Positions 1 to 7,390 of a stretch of 38,209 nucleotides of DNA are shown here, one piece after another. A program made the translations under genes and the position numbers. Source of the DNA: an uncultured bacterium (lineage in GTDB: Bacteria > JAJVIF01 > JAPKYR01); the NCBI GenBank assembly GCA_965370205.1, contig CBDUUJ010000001.1, positions 1 to 38,209 of the forward strand, in the 5' to 3' direction. Positions within the stretch are counted from its first letter, which is position 1; each line of letters begins with the position of its first letter. The notes under the pieces are model-generated. The model had not been told where the DNA came from. It searched no databases and worked only from the letters and a program-made list of their open reading frames with translations.

Positions 1-2847
1 AATCTCGAGGAAGCGGAAAAAGTCACTGAGGAAACCGGATTTCCCGTGATCATCCGTCCGGCATACACACTCGGCGGCATCGGCGCATCCGTGGCATACA
101 ACATAGAGGAATTTCATTCGCTCGTTCAACTGGGACTTGCCGCGTCGCCGGTCGGAATGGTGCTCGTCGAAGAATCGCTTGTCGGCTGGAAAGAATTCGA
201 GCTTGAGGTAATGCGCGACCATGTCGACAACGTGGTCATAGTCTGCTCGATTGAGAATTTTGACCCGCTCGGAATTCACACGGGCGACTCGATCACGGTC
301 GCGCCCGCCCAGACCCTGACCGACAGGGAATACCAGCTCATGCGCGACGCGGCGATCGGGGTCATCCGCGCGGTCGGAGTCGATACCGGCGGCTCGAACA
401 TCCAGTTCGGCATCCATCCTGAAACCGGACGCATGGTTATCATCGAGATGAACCCGAGAGTGTCGCGATCATCCGCGCTCGCGTCAAAAGCGACAGGATT
501 CCCAATTGCAAAAATCGCGGCGCAGCTTGCGGTCGGAATGACCCTGGGTGAAATTCCGAACGACATCACAGGCGAGACAATCTCGGCATTCGAGCCGACA
601 CTCGATTACGTTGTTGTAAAAATCCCAAGATGGGCGTTTGAAAAATTCCCCACAGCCGACAGGAAACTCGGCTCGCAGATGAAATCGGTCGGGGAGACGA
701 TGGCGATCGGCCGCAGTTTTACGGAAGCTCTCCAGAAAGCTCTGCGTGGACTTGAGATCGGGCGTTACGGTCTCGGCGCGGACGGAATGGACGCTATCCT
801 GATCGACAACATCGAGGCGCACCTTCGCGGCGAATGGAAAGAGCTTGTCCTCAGGCGTTTAAAACAGCCCGATCCATTCAACATTTTCTTCCTGCGATAC
901 GCGCTCGCGCTGGATATTCCAATTGAGACAATCGCGAAGACAACACACATCGATCCGTGGTTTCTCGATCAAATAAAACAGCTTCTGAATGTGGAAAAAG
1001 ACCTTGTCAGCTTCGCGGGCAATTCAGTCGATCCCCTTGTGAAAGACCATGCCGGGGAAATGATTCTCGAAGCGAAACGGCACGGGTTTTCCGACAGGCA
1101 GATCGCGCATCTCTGGCACAAAAATCCTGTGCAGATCAGGCGTTTCAGGGAAGAAAATAACATCGATCAGTGCTACCGGACAGTCGACACATGCGCGGCG
1201 GAATTCCACGCGGTAACTCCATATTATTACTCCACATTCGGGGAGGAAAACGAGGCTGAACGTCTCGGCGACAACACGGTCGTGATTCTCGGAAGCGGAC
1301 CCAACCGAATCGGGCAGGGAATCGAATTCGATTACTGCTGCGTGCAGGTCGCTTTCGCCCTCAGGGACGCGGGTTACAAGGTGGTAATGGTCAACAGCAA
1401 TCCGGAGACCGTATCGACCGATTACGATATCGCCGACCGCCTGTATTTCGAATCGCTCACTCTGGAGGATGTTATCGGAATCTGCCGACTGGAGAAGCCA
1501 CTTGGGGTGGTGCTGCAATTCGGTGGCGGAACCCCTCTGAAACTGGCATCGAAACTTGAGGTTGCCGGCATCCCGATCCTTGGAACCGGATGGGAGGCAA
1601 TCGATCTGACCGAGGATCGCGGACGGTTCGCGGTTCTGCTCGACCGTCACGGGATCAACCGCCCTGATTTCGGGACCGCGTCCACGGTCGATGAGGCGAC
1701 GGCTATTGCGAGCAGGATCGGATATCCGGTTCTGGTGCGACCGTCGTATGTGCTCGGCGGACGCGCGATGGAGATCGTCTACGATGAAGAGCGGTTGACC
1801 AGTTTCTTCTTCGAGGCGGCGCAGGCATCGGATGGCGAGCCTGTATTGATCGACCGGTTCCTTGAGGACGCTTTCGAGTTCGATGTCGACGCGGTTTCGG
1901 ATGGCGAGCAGTGTCTCATCTGCGGAATCATGCAGCATATCGAGGAGGCGGGAATTCATTCCGGCGATTCCGCGTGTGTCCTTCCGCCCTACATGCTCTC
2001 GGATGAGGTCCGGGCGGAGATGATCAGAATTACCAAACTCCTCGCGCTGGAACTGGGCATAGTGGGGCTTCTGAATCTTCAGTTCGCACTTTTCGAGGGC
2101 AAGCTGTATGTGCTCGAACTTAATCCGCGCGCGAGCCGCACGGTTCCGTTCGTCTCGAAAGCAACCGGCATTTCATGGGCACGGGCGGCGGCGAGAACGC
2201 TTGTCGGCGAAAAACTTGCCGACATGAATCTTCCCGACGACCCGATTCCGTCGCATGTTTCGGTCAAGGAAGTAAAATTCCCGTTTGCGCGTTTCGACAG
2301 GATCAGCTATTTCCTCGGACCGGAGATGCGGTCGACCGGCGAGGTCATGGGTATCGCGCACGGTTTCGGGGAGGCGTTCGCGAAATCGCAGGCGGCTGTC
2401 AATTCACCGCTTCCGCTTGAGGGAGGGGTTTTTATCAGCGTGAATGATCGTGATAAGGAAAAGGTGCTGCCGATCGCGCGCGAGCTTCATTTTCTTGGCT
2501 ATCAGATTTTCGCCACAGCCGGAACCTACAAAAGCCTCACGACCGCCGGGATACCGACAACGCAGATCAACAAGGTCAGCGAGGGACGTCCGAACGCGCT
2601 CGACCAGATGAAAAATGGTCTCATTCACCTGATAATCAACACACCGCTGGGAAGGGAATCATATTACGATGAGCTTGCGGTCGGCGAGGAGGCGTACCGT
2701 CGCGGTATTCCACACATCACCACATTATCCGGAGCATGGGCTGCGGTGAAGGCAATCGAAACCGCGCGTCACGGCTTACCGAAAGTCCGCCCGCTACAGG
2801 AATATCACATGTGCAATCAACCCATTGTGCCGTCAGCTTCAAGCTAA
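1..2847 (+). CDS. carB: Carbamoyl-phosphate synthase large subunit, 5'-truncated by window edge
   Basis: Frame 1 is open from base 1 (no stop in 1-45), so the listed ATG at 46 is internal. Two ATP-grasp halves carry CarB-type signatures ([10 protein letters not shown]...[23 protein letters not shown] and [16 protein letters not shown]...[19 protein letters not shown]). A C-terminal MGS-like domain follows ([10 protein letters not shown]...LIINTP). Roughly 125 N-terminal residues are missing relative to a typical ~1070-aa CarB. Confidence 0.93.
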   Translation, partial: NLEEAEKVTEETGFPVIIRPAYTLGGIGASVAYNIEEFHSLVQLGLAASPVGMVLVEESLVGWKEFELEVMRDHVDNVVIVCSIENFDPLGIHTGDSITVAPAQTLTDREYQLMRDAAIGVIRAVGVDTGGSNIQFGIHPETGRMVIIEMNPRVSRSSALASKATGFPIAKIAAQLAVGMTLGEIPNDITGETISAFEPTLDYVVVKIPRWAFEKFPTADRKLGSQMKSVGETMAIGRSFTEALQKALRGLEIGRYGLGADGMDAILIDNIEAHLRGEWKELVLRRLKQPDPFNIFFLRYALALDIPIETIAKTTHIDPWFLDQIKQLLNVEKDLVSFAGNSVDPLVKDHAGEMILEAKRHGFSDRQIAHLWHKNPVQIRRFREENNIDQCYRTVDTCAAEFHAVTPYYYSTFGEENEAERLGDNTVVILGSGPNRIGQGIEFDYCCVQVAFALRDAGYKVVMVNSNPETVSTDYDIADRLYFESLTLEDVIGICRLEKPLGVVLQFGGGTPLKLASKLEVAGIPILGTGWEAIDLTEDRGRFAVLLDRHGINRPDFGTASTVDEATAIASRIGYPVLVRPSYVLGGRAMEIVYDEERLTSFFFEAAQASDGEPVLIDRFLEDAFEFDVDAVSDGEQCLICGIMQHIEEAGIHSGDSACVLPPYMLSDEVRAEMIRITKLLALELGIVGLLNLQFALFEGKLYVLELNPRASRTVPFVSKATGISWARAAARTLVGEKLADMNLPDDPIPSHVSVKEVKFPFARFDRISYFLGPEMRSTGEVMGIAHGFGEAFAKSQAAVNSPLPLEGGVFISVNDRDKEKVLPIARELHFLGYQIFATAGTYKSLTTAGIPTTQINKVSEGRPNALDQMKNGLIHLIINTPLGRESYYDELAVGEEAYRRGIPHITTLSGAWAAVKAIETARHGLPKVRPLQEYHMCNQPIVPSASS

Positions 2848-2887
2848 TGGTAAAAAGACGCCCGATCGCTGGAAGCGACCGGCACAA

Positions 2888-5800
2888 TTAATACAAGTCA
2901 AATATATACAATCCCATAGTTTGGGAAGCTTCGTATAAATAGCCGTCAAACGCCAGGAGATCGCGTGGGTGGTGATAAAGAATATCACCATAAATATGAC
3001 CCAGGTTGGCAGGACTGTTCGGGGGCCAGACCCAGAACGATACCGGATCTGTTGTGTAACCTGCTGCATACCCGAACTGCCCTTCCACGGTGAGGAAGCC
3101 ATAGCCGCCCATGTCCGGTGGCGGGAGCAGTTCAGAGCCCAAATTAGCAGGCGCTGCCGGGTCAGTTAGATCGGCGATTTCAATTGAATCATATGTCAGG
3201 GCATACAGGTAATTACCGTGGATCTCCGATTCCATATAGCCCGGACTGCCGGGGGTGGAATAAGACCCGACATAAGCGGGATTGAGCGGATTGGTAATTG
3301 AATATATCTCTATGGCATCTCCCGAGCAAACATACATGTAATCCCCGTTGAAAGTGAAATCATAGACGCCATAAGTAAACGACATTGTCATTTCATAATG
3401 GGGTGAATATGGGTTGGAAATGTCGTAAATTTTAACCGGATGGCCTACCTGACTTATATAAACATAGATCGCGTTTTCATAAATGCCAAGCGCGTAGACA
3501 AAGTCAGCCTCAGTCTTAAAATACATAGGTGAGATATTAAGCGGATCCGAAGCGTCATGCAGTGCCCAGATTTTACCTGAATCTGTCGCCAGGACATCGC
3601 CATACAACTGCAGTTCGGAACCAGGATATGCAGGGAAATACTCAGCAGCAACATACGTGCTGGATGGGTCGGAAATGTCAAGTGTCTTGATCCCATCGAA
3701 ACCCGCTGTAATCAGCCAGTCATCCTTTTCAACAAATGAATATGCACTGTTTACCACCTTAAGACGAGAGAGAGATGAAGGTATTTGCGGGATACCGCAG
3801 TCGAAAATCTGGAAACCGGCTCTATAGGGAATGATATATGCAAGGTCATCCCGAACCGCTAGATCCCTCCCCTGGGAAATCATCGGTGTTGAGCTGATAT
3901 AAACCGGGTCGGCCGGGTTCGTAACTTCGCATATCGTCAGCCCGGATTCATCATTACCAATATACGCGTAAGGCCACTCAAGATCGATATACCATGCACT
4001 ATCAGGCACATCAACGGAACCGAATTCGAGAACACTGTTGGTCGCTGAATACAATATCTTCAGAAATCCTTCCCCTGTACTTATTACAGATGCTGCATAT
4101 ATGTAGTTACCTTCGATGGCAATATCCCTCGCCCAGCCGGCTGGGTAGGTATAAGAACCTTTCTGAGTGACCGAAGAGGGATTTTCCACGTCATACACGA
4201 TAATGTCATGCCATGTGCATTCTACAATCCTGGTATCCGGCCCCTCCGGATCGATTAACCCAAGACGCTGCGGACCATACGGAACATTGAATTCGCCGAC
4301 CTTGTCAGGATTCAGCGGGTCGGTCGCATAGTCATATATATATACTTCTGAGGTGGGATTCACACTGGTGCCCACATACAGATGGGTCGAGTTCATGGTT
4401 ATATCACCAAGATCCATCATGATGATCATAAGACCCTCATGGTTAACCGGAGAAGTAATATCAGTGAAATCAATCATGTTGATTTCTGTTTCATCGATAC
4501 CGAGTCCGTTTGTATAGTACAGATATGGATAATTGAAACAGAAAGCCTCGTTCATGTAAATTTTCTCGGTGTACACCTGCACCGGATTGGTTGGATCGCT
4601 TATGTCATACACCCAGAGGCCCATTCCAAAAAGAATCGCATAATCATCGTGCAGCCAGACTCTTTCCGGATTGACGTAAAGGTCCGACGGAGTGACATCC
4701 ACCGGGTTAGATGGAATTACATCTGTAAGCTCTCCCGTAAATTCAAGCAGATAGGGAGATGTCTGTGTATCATTCGATGTCAGCACGCGGATAAAATACT
4801 GCCCCGGCGTGAGAGCGAGATTTTGAAGTCCGATAGACGCTTCACCACCAGAAACATTCACTTCTTCAATCAGAGCATAGGAATCATCGTACAACCCGAG
4901 TTTCGTGGGTTCGGCATCGCACCAGAGACTGATACCACCTGATATGTCATAACCCGGATCGATTTCGAAAAAATAAAAATCACGGTAATCATCGGGAAGA
5001 CATACCTGATCGATAACCTGGTCACCAAATACAATCTCTACCGCCTCAAGCCAGTCATTGTTGGCATCCGCTGAACATTCGGGATCGGGGATATCGAGTA
5101 CGAGAACATTATATGCCGACAGAGAATCATCCGGAGCAGGCATCGCAGTCTGCTGGTATGTCGAGCCATCCGATGATCCCACCCGGCAGACAATGAGCGT
5201 TTCTCCCGCTTCCGACGGAACCGCTGTACCTGTCAAATCGACCGTGTAAACCGCTTTTTCGGCTGTCTGTTTATGCAGAATTCCGTCAGCGCCGCTCGGC
5301 ATCAGGTCCGGAGCCACGACCCGTACCGCGTCGATTTCCGGGACAATATTTCCCGCAGCCTGTCCCTGCCAGTCGAAAATACCGGCCTCAAGCCTTAAAA
5401 CCCCGCCGCCGATTCCCGACTCGCTGTCGTAATAGAGTGTATTTGCAGTCGTCTTCAAACCAATCCGGTACGCTTCCGGCTGATTCGCGTTCATTGGAAA
5501 ATCATCCGGAACCGCATCTGGAGGATTCGGTGACGGCGGATTCCACGCGCAGTCAATTGCGTATCCATACACGATCTGCGGACCGGGGTCCATCGGGAAT
5601 CTGATTTCATATCGACGGGTGTTGCTGCTTCCGGCAGTGAAAACCGCTCTCCCCTGGTCGCTGTCGAGCGGTTCATAGCATACAGCACCCAAACTGCTCG
5701 TCGCATAGAGAATATCCGCGAACAGCTTGTATGGATTCACTGTCGCTGTTAATGAACTTCCCGGCGCGGACGCTAGAATTCCATCTTCATATCCGAGCAT

Positions 5801-6313
5801 TCCGGGTGACGTAAACTCCGTCGGATTCCACCAACGCGTGTATCCATCGGCATTTTCAAGACGGGTCTCATCAGCGCCCGCATAAACAAGCGACCCGACC
5901 GCGTACGTGCCCGGTGTGACTAAAATTCCCTTCACATCGAATCCCGCCAACTGCGGTGATGTTCCGAACGGATGAGCAAGCGTGATATCGAAAACGAATA
6001 ATCCGTTCGCGGGATCATGTTCGGATGGCACCCCGGCTGCGGAAACTCCCATCGTAGAGTTCAGAATCCCCGTCAGATTGAAATGCCATTCCGCCGACCG
6101 TAATGGATGCACTTCAATCCCGTAACTCTCGGAATCCACCTCAATAAGATAATACCCGAGACATTGATGGGTCCGTTCGGATGAACCATCACGCGACATC
6201 AGGATGCCTGGGTCGGAAAGCGGATCGGGATCGGTCGGACCGCCCTGGCATCCGGCTAACGCAATACCTGCGAGGAGAAATATGCAAATGGCGGAAGATA
6301 AGAATGTACGCAT
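2888..6313 (-). CDS. Array paralogue 1 of 7: predicted surface lipoprotein (conserved N-module + PPC-like module + ~14 LVIVD-type propeller repeats), 1141 aa
   Basis: ORF 2888-6364 trimmed to the ATG at 6313. GGAGG lies 10 nt upstream and the product then begins MRTFLSSAICIFLLAGIALAG|C (lipobox LAGC), followed by a Pro/Asp-rich tether. PPC-like signature: ANNDW..A..I.....DDYRDFYFFEI...LGLYDD...GQYFIRV...YLLEF. Repeated blades follow (LWVYDISDPTNP, VYIYDYATDPLNP, IKTLDISDPSS, VKIYDISNPYSP, IEIYSITNPLNP, IEIADLTDPAAP ...) up to the C-terminal LYIFDLY. Confidence 0.9.
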   Translation of the reverse strand: MRTFLSSAICIFLLAGIALAGCQGGPTDPDPLSDPGILMSRDGSSERTHQCLGYYLIEVDSESYGIEVHPLRSAEWHFNLTGILNSTMGVSAAGVPSEHDPANGLFVFDITLAHPFGTSPQLAGFDVKGILVTPGTYAVGSLVYAGADETRLENADGYTRWWNPTEFTSPGMLGYEDGILASAPGSSLTATVNPYKLFADILYATSSLGAVCYEPLDSDQGRAVFTAGSSNTRRYEIRFPMDPGPQIVYGYAIDCAWNPPSPNPPDAVPDDFPMNANQPEAYRIGLKTTANTLYYDSESGIGGGVLRLEAGIFDWQGQAAGNIVPEIDAVRVVAPDLMPSGADGILHKQTAEKAVYTVDLTGTAVPSEAGETLIVCRVGSSDGSTYQQTAMPAPDDSLSAYNVLVLDIPDPECSADANNDWLEAVEIVFGDQVIDQVCLPDDYRDFYFFEIDPGYDISGGISLWCDAEPTKLGLYDDSYALIEEVNVSGGEASIGLQNLALTPGQYFIRVLTSNDTQTSPYLLEFTGELTDVIPSNPVDVTPSDLYVNPERVWLHDDYAILFGMGLWVYDISDPTNPVQVYTEKIYMNEAFCFNYPYLYYTNGLGIDETEINMIDFTDITSPVNHEGLMIIMMDLGDITMNSTHLYVGTSVNPTSEVYIYDYATDPLNPDKVGEFNVPYGPQRLGLIDPEGPDTRIVECTWHDIIVYDVENPSSVTQKGSYTYPAGWARDIAIEGNYIYAASVISTGEGFLKILYSATNSVLEFGSVDVPDSAWYIDLEWPYAYIGNDESGLTICEVTNPADPVYISSTPMISQGRDLAVRDDLAYIIPYRAGFQIFDCGIPQIPSSLSRLKVVNSAYSFVEKDDWLITAGFDGIKTLDISDPSSTYVAAEYFPAYPGSELQLYGDVLATDSGKIWALHDASDPLNISPMYFKTEADFVYALGIYENAIYVYISQVGHPVKIYDISNPYSPHYEMTMSFTYGVYDFTFNGDYMYVCSGDAIEIYSITNPLNPAYVGSYSTPGSPGYMESEIHGNYLYALTYDSIEIADLTDPAAPANLGSELLPPPDMGGYGFLTVEGQFGYAAGYTTDPVSFWVWPPNSPANLGHIYGDILYHHPRDLLAFDGYLYEASQTMGLYIFDLY
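5075..6172 (-). repeat. Conserved ~1.1-kb 5' module of the paralogue family, copy 1 of 7 (dispersed direct repeat)
   Basis: Encodes HQCLGYY...LDIPDPEC. It aligns essentially codon for codon with 9599-10693, 13082-14176, 16577-17671, 20079-21173, 23577-24668 and 27022-28116. The lower boundary is the invariant Cys codon, located by hand in every copy. Confidence 0.9.
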
Positions 6314-6344
6314 GACAAACACACCTCCGGATCTGGTTAATGTA

Positions 6345-6353
6345 ATTATAACA
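6345..6353 (-). promoter_or_regulatory. Extended -10 promoter element (TGtTATAAT) for paralogue 1
   Basis: The minus strand reads ACTGTTATAATTACATTAACCAGATCCGGAGGTGTGTTTGTCATG. It has a perfect TGnTATAAT 31 nt before the ATG and sits downstream of a terminator at 6405-6430. No good -35 is present (GTCAAT). The cassette is homologous to those upstream of paralogues 7, 5 and 3. Confidence 0.45.
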
Positions 6354-6404
6354 GTAAAACGCAAATTATTGACAGCGTCTGAGTTGAGATGGAGAAAGAA
6401 ACTG

Positions 6405-6430
6405 AAAAACCCCGACCATATAAGCCGGGG
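6405..6430 (-). terminator. Rho-independent terminator after the tandem-PPC gene
   Basis: The minus strand reads CCCCGGC-TTATATG-GTCGGGG followed by TTTTT. This is a 7-bp GC-rich stem with one G-U pair, 36 nt downstream of the stop at 6466. Confidence 0.65.
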
Positions 6431-6465
6431 CGTTGTTTTACTACATCGTCGTTACTTACCGCTTA

Positions 6466-7209
6466 TCATGGCTCAATTTCAATCGTATACTCGCCTTCGC
6501 CTTCATAATAATAAACGTAAACATGGCACAAACCGGGCACACGACAGGTGATGCTCTCTTTGGAGCCCCAGTCGTACGCGCCTTCAATCAGTTCCTCGTC
6601 ACTGTAGATCTCGAAATCTATCTCGAAATCTTCGTCATCGAAATAGATGGTGAACGTCGGATTTGTACCTTCCTGGCCATCGAGCACAAACCAATCCTCG
6701 TCACCCACGCAGATATAACCGTTAATCTCCAGACCATCGATCAGGTCGGCAAGGTCGATTTCGTCGTTCGGCTCGATCTCATCTTCACCGGCGCATTCGT
6801 CGGATCCCGGGATGATCTCGATTTCATAATCGCCTTCACCATCCCACCACCAGACATGGACATAGCATACGCTGGGAACCTGACATGTGATCTCTTCTTC
6901 CGTTCCCCAGTCCAGGGCCTCGCCTACCTGTTCATCATCGCTGTAAACTGCGAAATCGACTTCCACTTCCTCGTCATCGAAGTAGATGATGAAAGTCGGG
7001 TGGAAACCCTCCTGTCCCGCAAGGACAAACCAGTCATCGCCGTCTTCCTCATCCATATGTCCCCGGATAACGAATTCATCGATGCTGTCAGCGAGGCTCC
7101 TGCTGTCATTGGACTCGACTTCATCGCGTCCCTCTCCCGCAATCGCGGGAATCACGGTTAGAAGAACAAGCGCCAGAATAATGGATAGTGCTGAAAATAA
7201 TTTGTTCAT
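6466..7209 (-). CDS. Secreted, highly acidic protein composed of two tandem PPC (pre-peptidase C-terminal type) domains, 247 aa
   Basis: GGAGGA lies 9 nt upstream of the ATG. The signal peptide is MNKLFSALSIILALVLLTVIPAIAG. Two ~105-aa halves are clearly homologous: E-x-N-D...LAD.ID...I.G......DEDWFVL.GQEG..PTF.IYFDDE....DF.(I/V)YSD......A.DWG..E.ITC.VP..C.V.V......GEY.IEI. The N-D...D-x-D-W-F...Y...G-x-Y-x-I-x-I pattern is the PPC-domain hallmark. Confidence 0.85.
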   Translation of the reverse strand: MNKLFSALSIILALVLLTVIPAIAGEGRDEVESNDSRSLADSIDEFVIRGHMDEEDGDDWFVLAGQEGFHPTFIIYFDDEEVEVDFAVYSDDEQVGEALDWGTEEEITCQVPSVCYVHVWWWDGEGDYEIEIIPGSDECAGEDEIEPNDEIDLADLIDGLEINGYICVGDEDWFVLDGQEGTNPTFTIYFDDEDFEIDFEIYSDEELIEGAYDWGSKESITCRVPGLCHVYVYYYEGEGEYTIEIEP

Positions 7210-7248
7210 GGATTTTGCATCCTCCAGTTAGTTTATTGTATTTAATGG

Positions 7249-7254
7249 AATATA
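7249..7254 (-). promoter_or_regulatory. Possible -10 element (TATATT) for the tandem-PPC gene
   Basis: The minus strand reads GTGGATTATATTCCATTAAATACAATAAACTAACTGGAGGATGCAAAATCCATG. It resembles the paralogue promoter cassette (TGTTATAATTACATTAAC) with small indels. No convincing -35 is present. Confidence 0.25.
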
Positions 7255-7390
7255 ATCCACGTTTTAGTACGTTCTTTTGACCTTTAATCAAATTTTAATC
7301 GGTCATAACGGGAACAATATTTCCAGATAACTCATCTCCCGTATGTTCCAGCATCTCCCGGATGCCCGTGCTGCAAGTTGAGTAAACCGG

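Noticed and set aside
1024-1959. A 311-aa minus-strand ORF lies inside carB, together with several shorter ORFs between 276 and 2628.
   Set aside because: These are antisense to a confidently identified CarB reading frame, with no motif or SD.
2848-2887. A possible terminator hairpin (TCGCT-GGA-AGCGA) lies between the convergent carB and paralogue 1 genes.
   Set aside because: The stem is only 5 bp with a 3-nt loop, and there is no U-tract on either strand. This is too weak to call.
4382-4942. Plus-strand ORFs of 120-190 aa lie inside the propeller-coding regions: 4382-4942, 16307-16678, 16775-17212, 25513-26082, 26722-27123, 27009-27587 and 27659-28099.
   Set aside because: They are antisense to intact 1,140-aa genes. 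Their sequences are Arg/Ile-rich and low-complexity, with no start context.
5058-5249. Plus-strand 62-69-aa ORFs recur with similar sequences in several paralogues: 5058-5249, 9585-9773, 20062-20253, and also 10440-10649, 17418-17627, 20920-21129 and 24430-24651.
   Set aside because: They lie antisense to the most conserved 5' modules, so their conservation is simply inherited from the sense strand. They have no SD or start context and their composition is junk-like.
6055-6085. The conserved N-x-(S/T) sequons FNLTG and LN(S/T)TMG in every copy could be bacterial N-glycosylation sites.
   Set aside because: The acidic residue at position -2 required by the known bacterial PglB-type sequon is absent (W-H-F-N-L-T). 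Nothing else in the window points to an N-glycosylation system.
6314-6364. Longer N-terminal extensions are offered by the ORF track for paralogues 1, 2, 3 and 6 (starts at 6364, 10864, 14344, 24884), and for rpsM (36008) and rpoA (34524).
   Set aside because: Internal ATG/GTG codons have proper SD spacing and give canonical lipoprotein signal peptides or canonical ribosomal N-termini. The extensions overlap upstream genes or promoter elements.
6433-7161. A 242-aa plus-strand ORF overlaps the tandem-PPC gene.
   Set aside because: It is a mirror artefact of a GA(T/C/A/G)-rich Asp/Glu coding strand, giving an Ile/Phe/Val-rich antisense product. The minus-strand ORF has the SD, signal peptide, internal duplication and PPC motifs.
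7320-7390. A short direct repeat CATCTCCCG(T/G)ATG occurs twice, with an imperfect hairpin (CAGCA...TGCTG), downstream of paralogue 2.
   Set aside because: No U-tract follows the hairpin and the repeat is only 9-10 nt. It could be chance. I did not call it a terminator or regulatory site.
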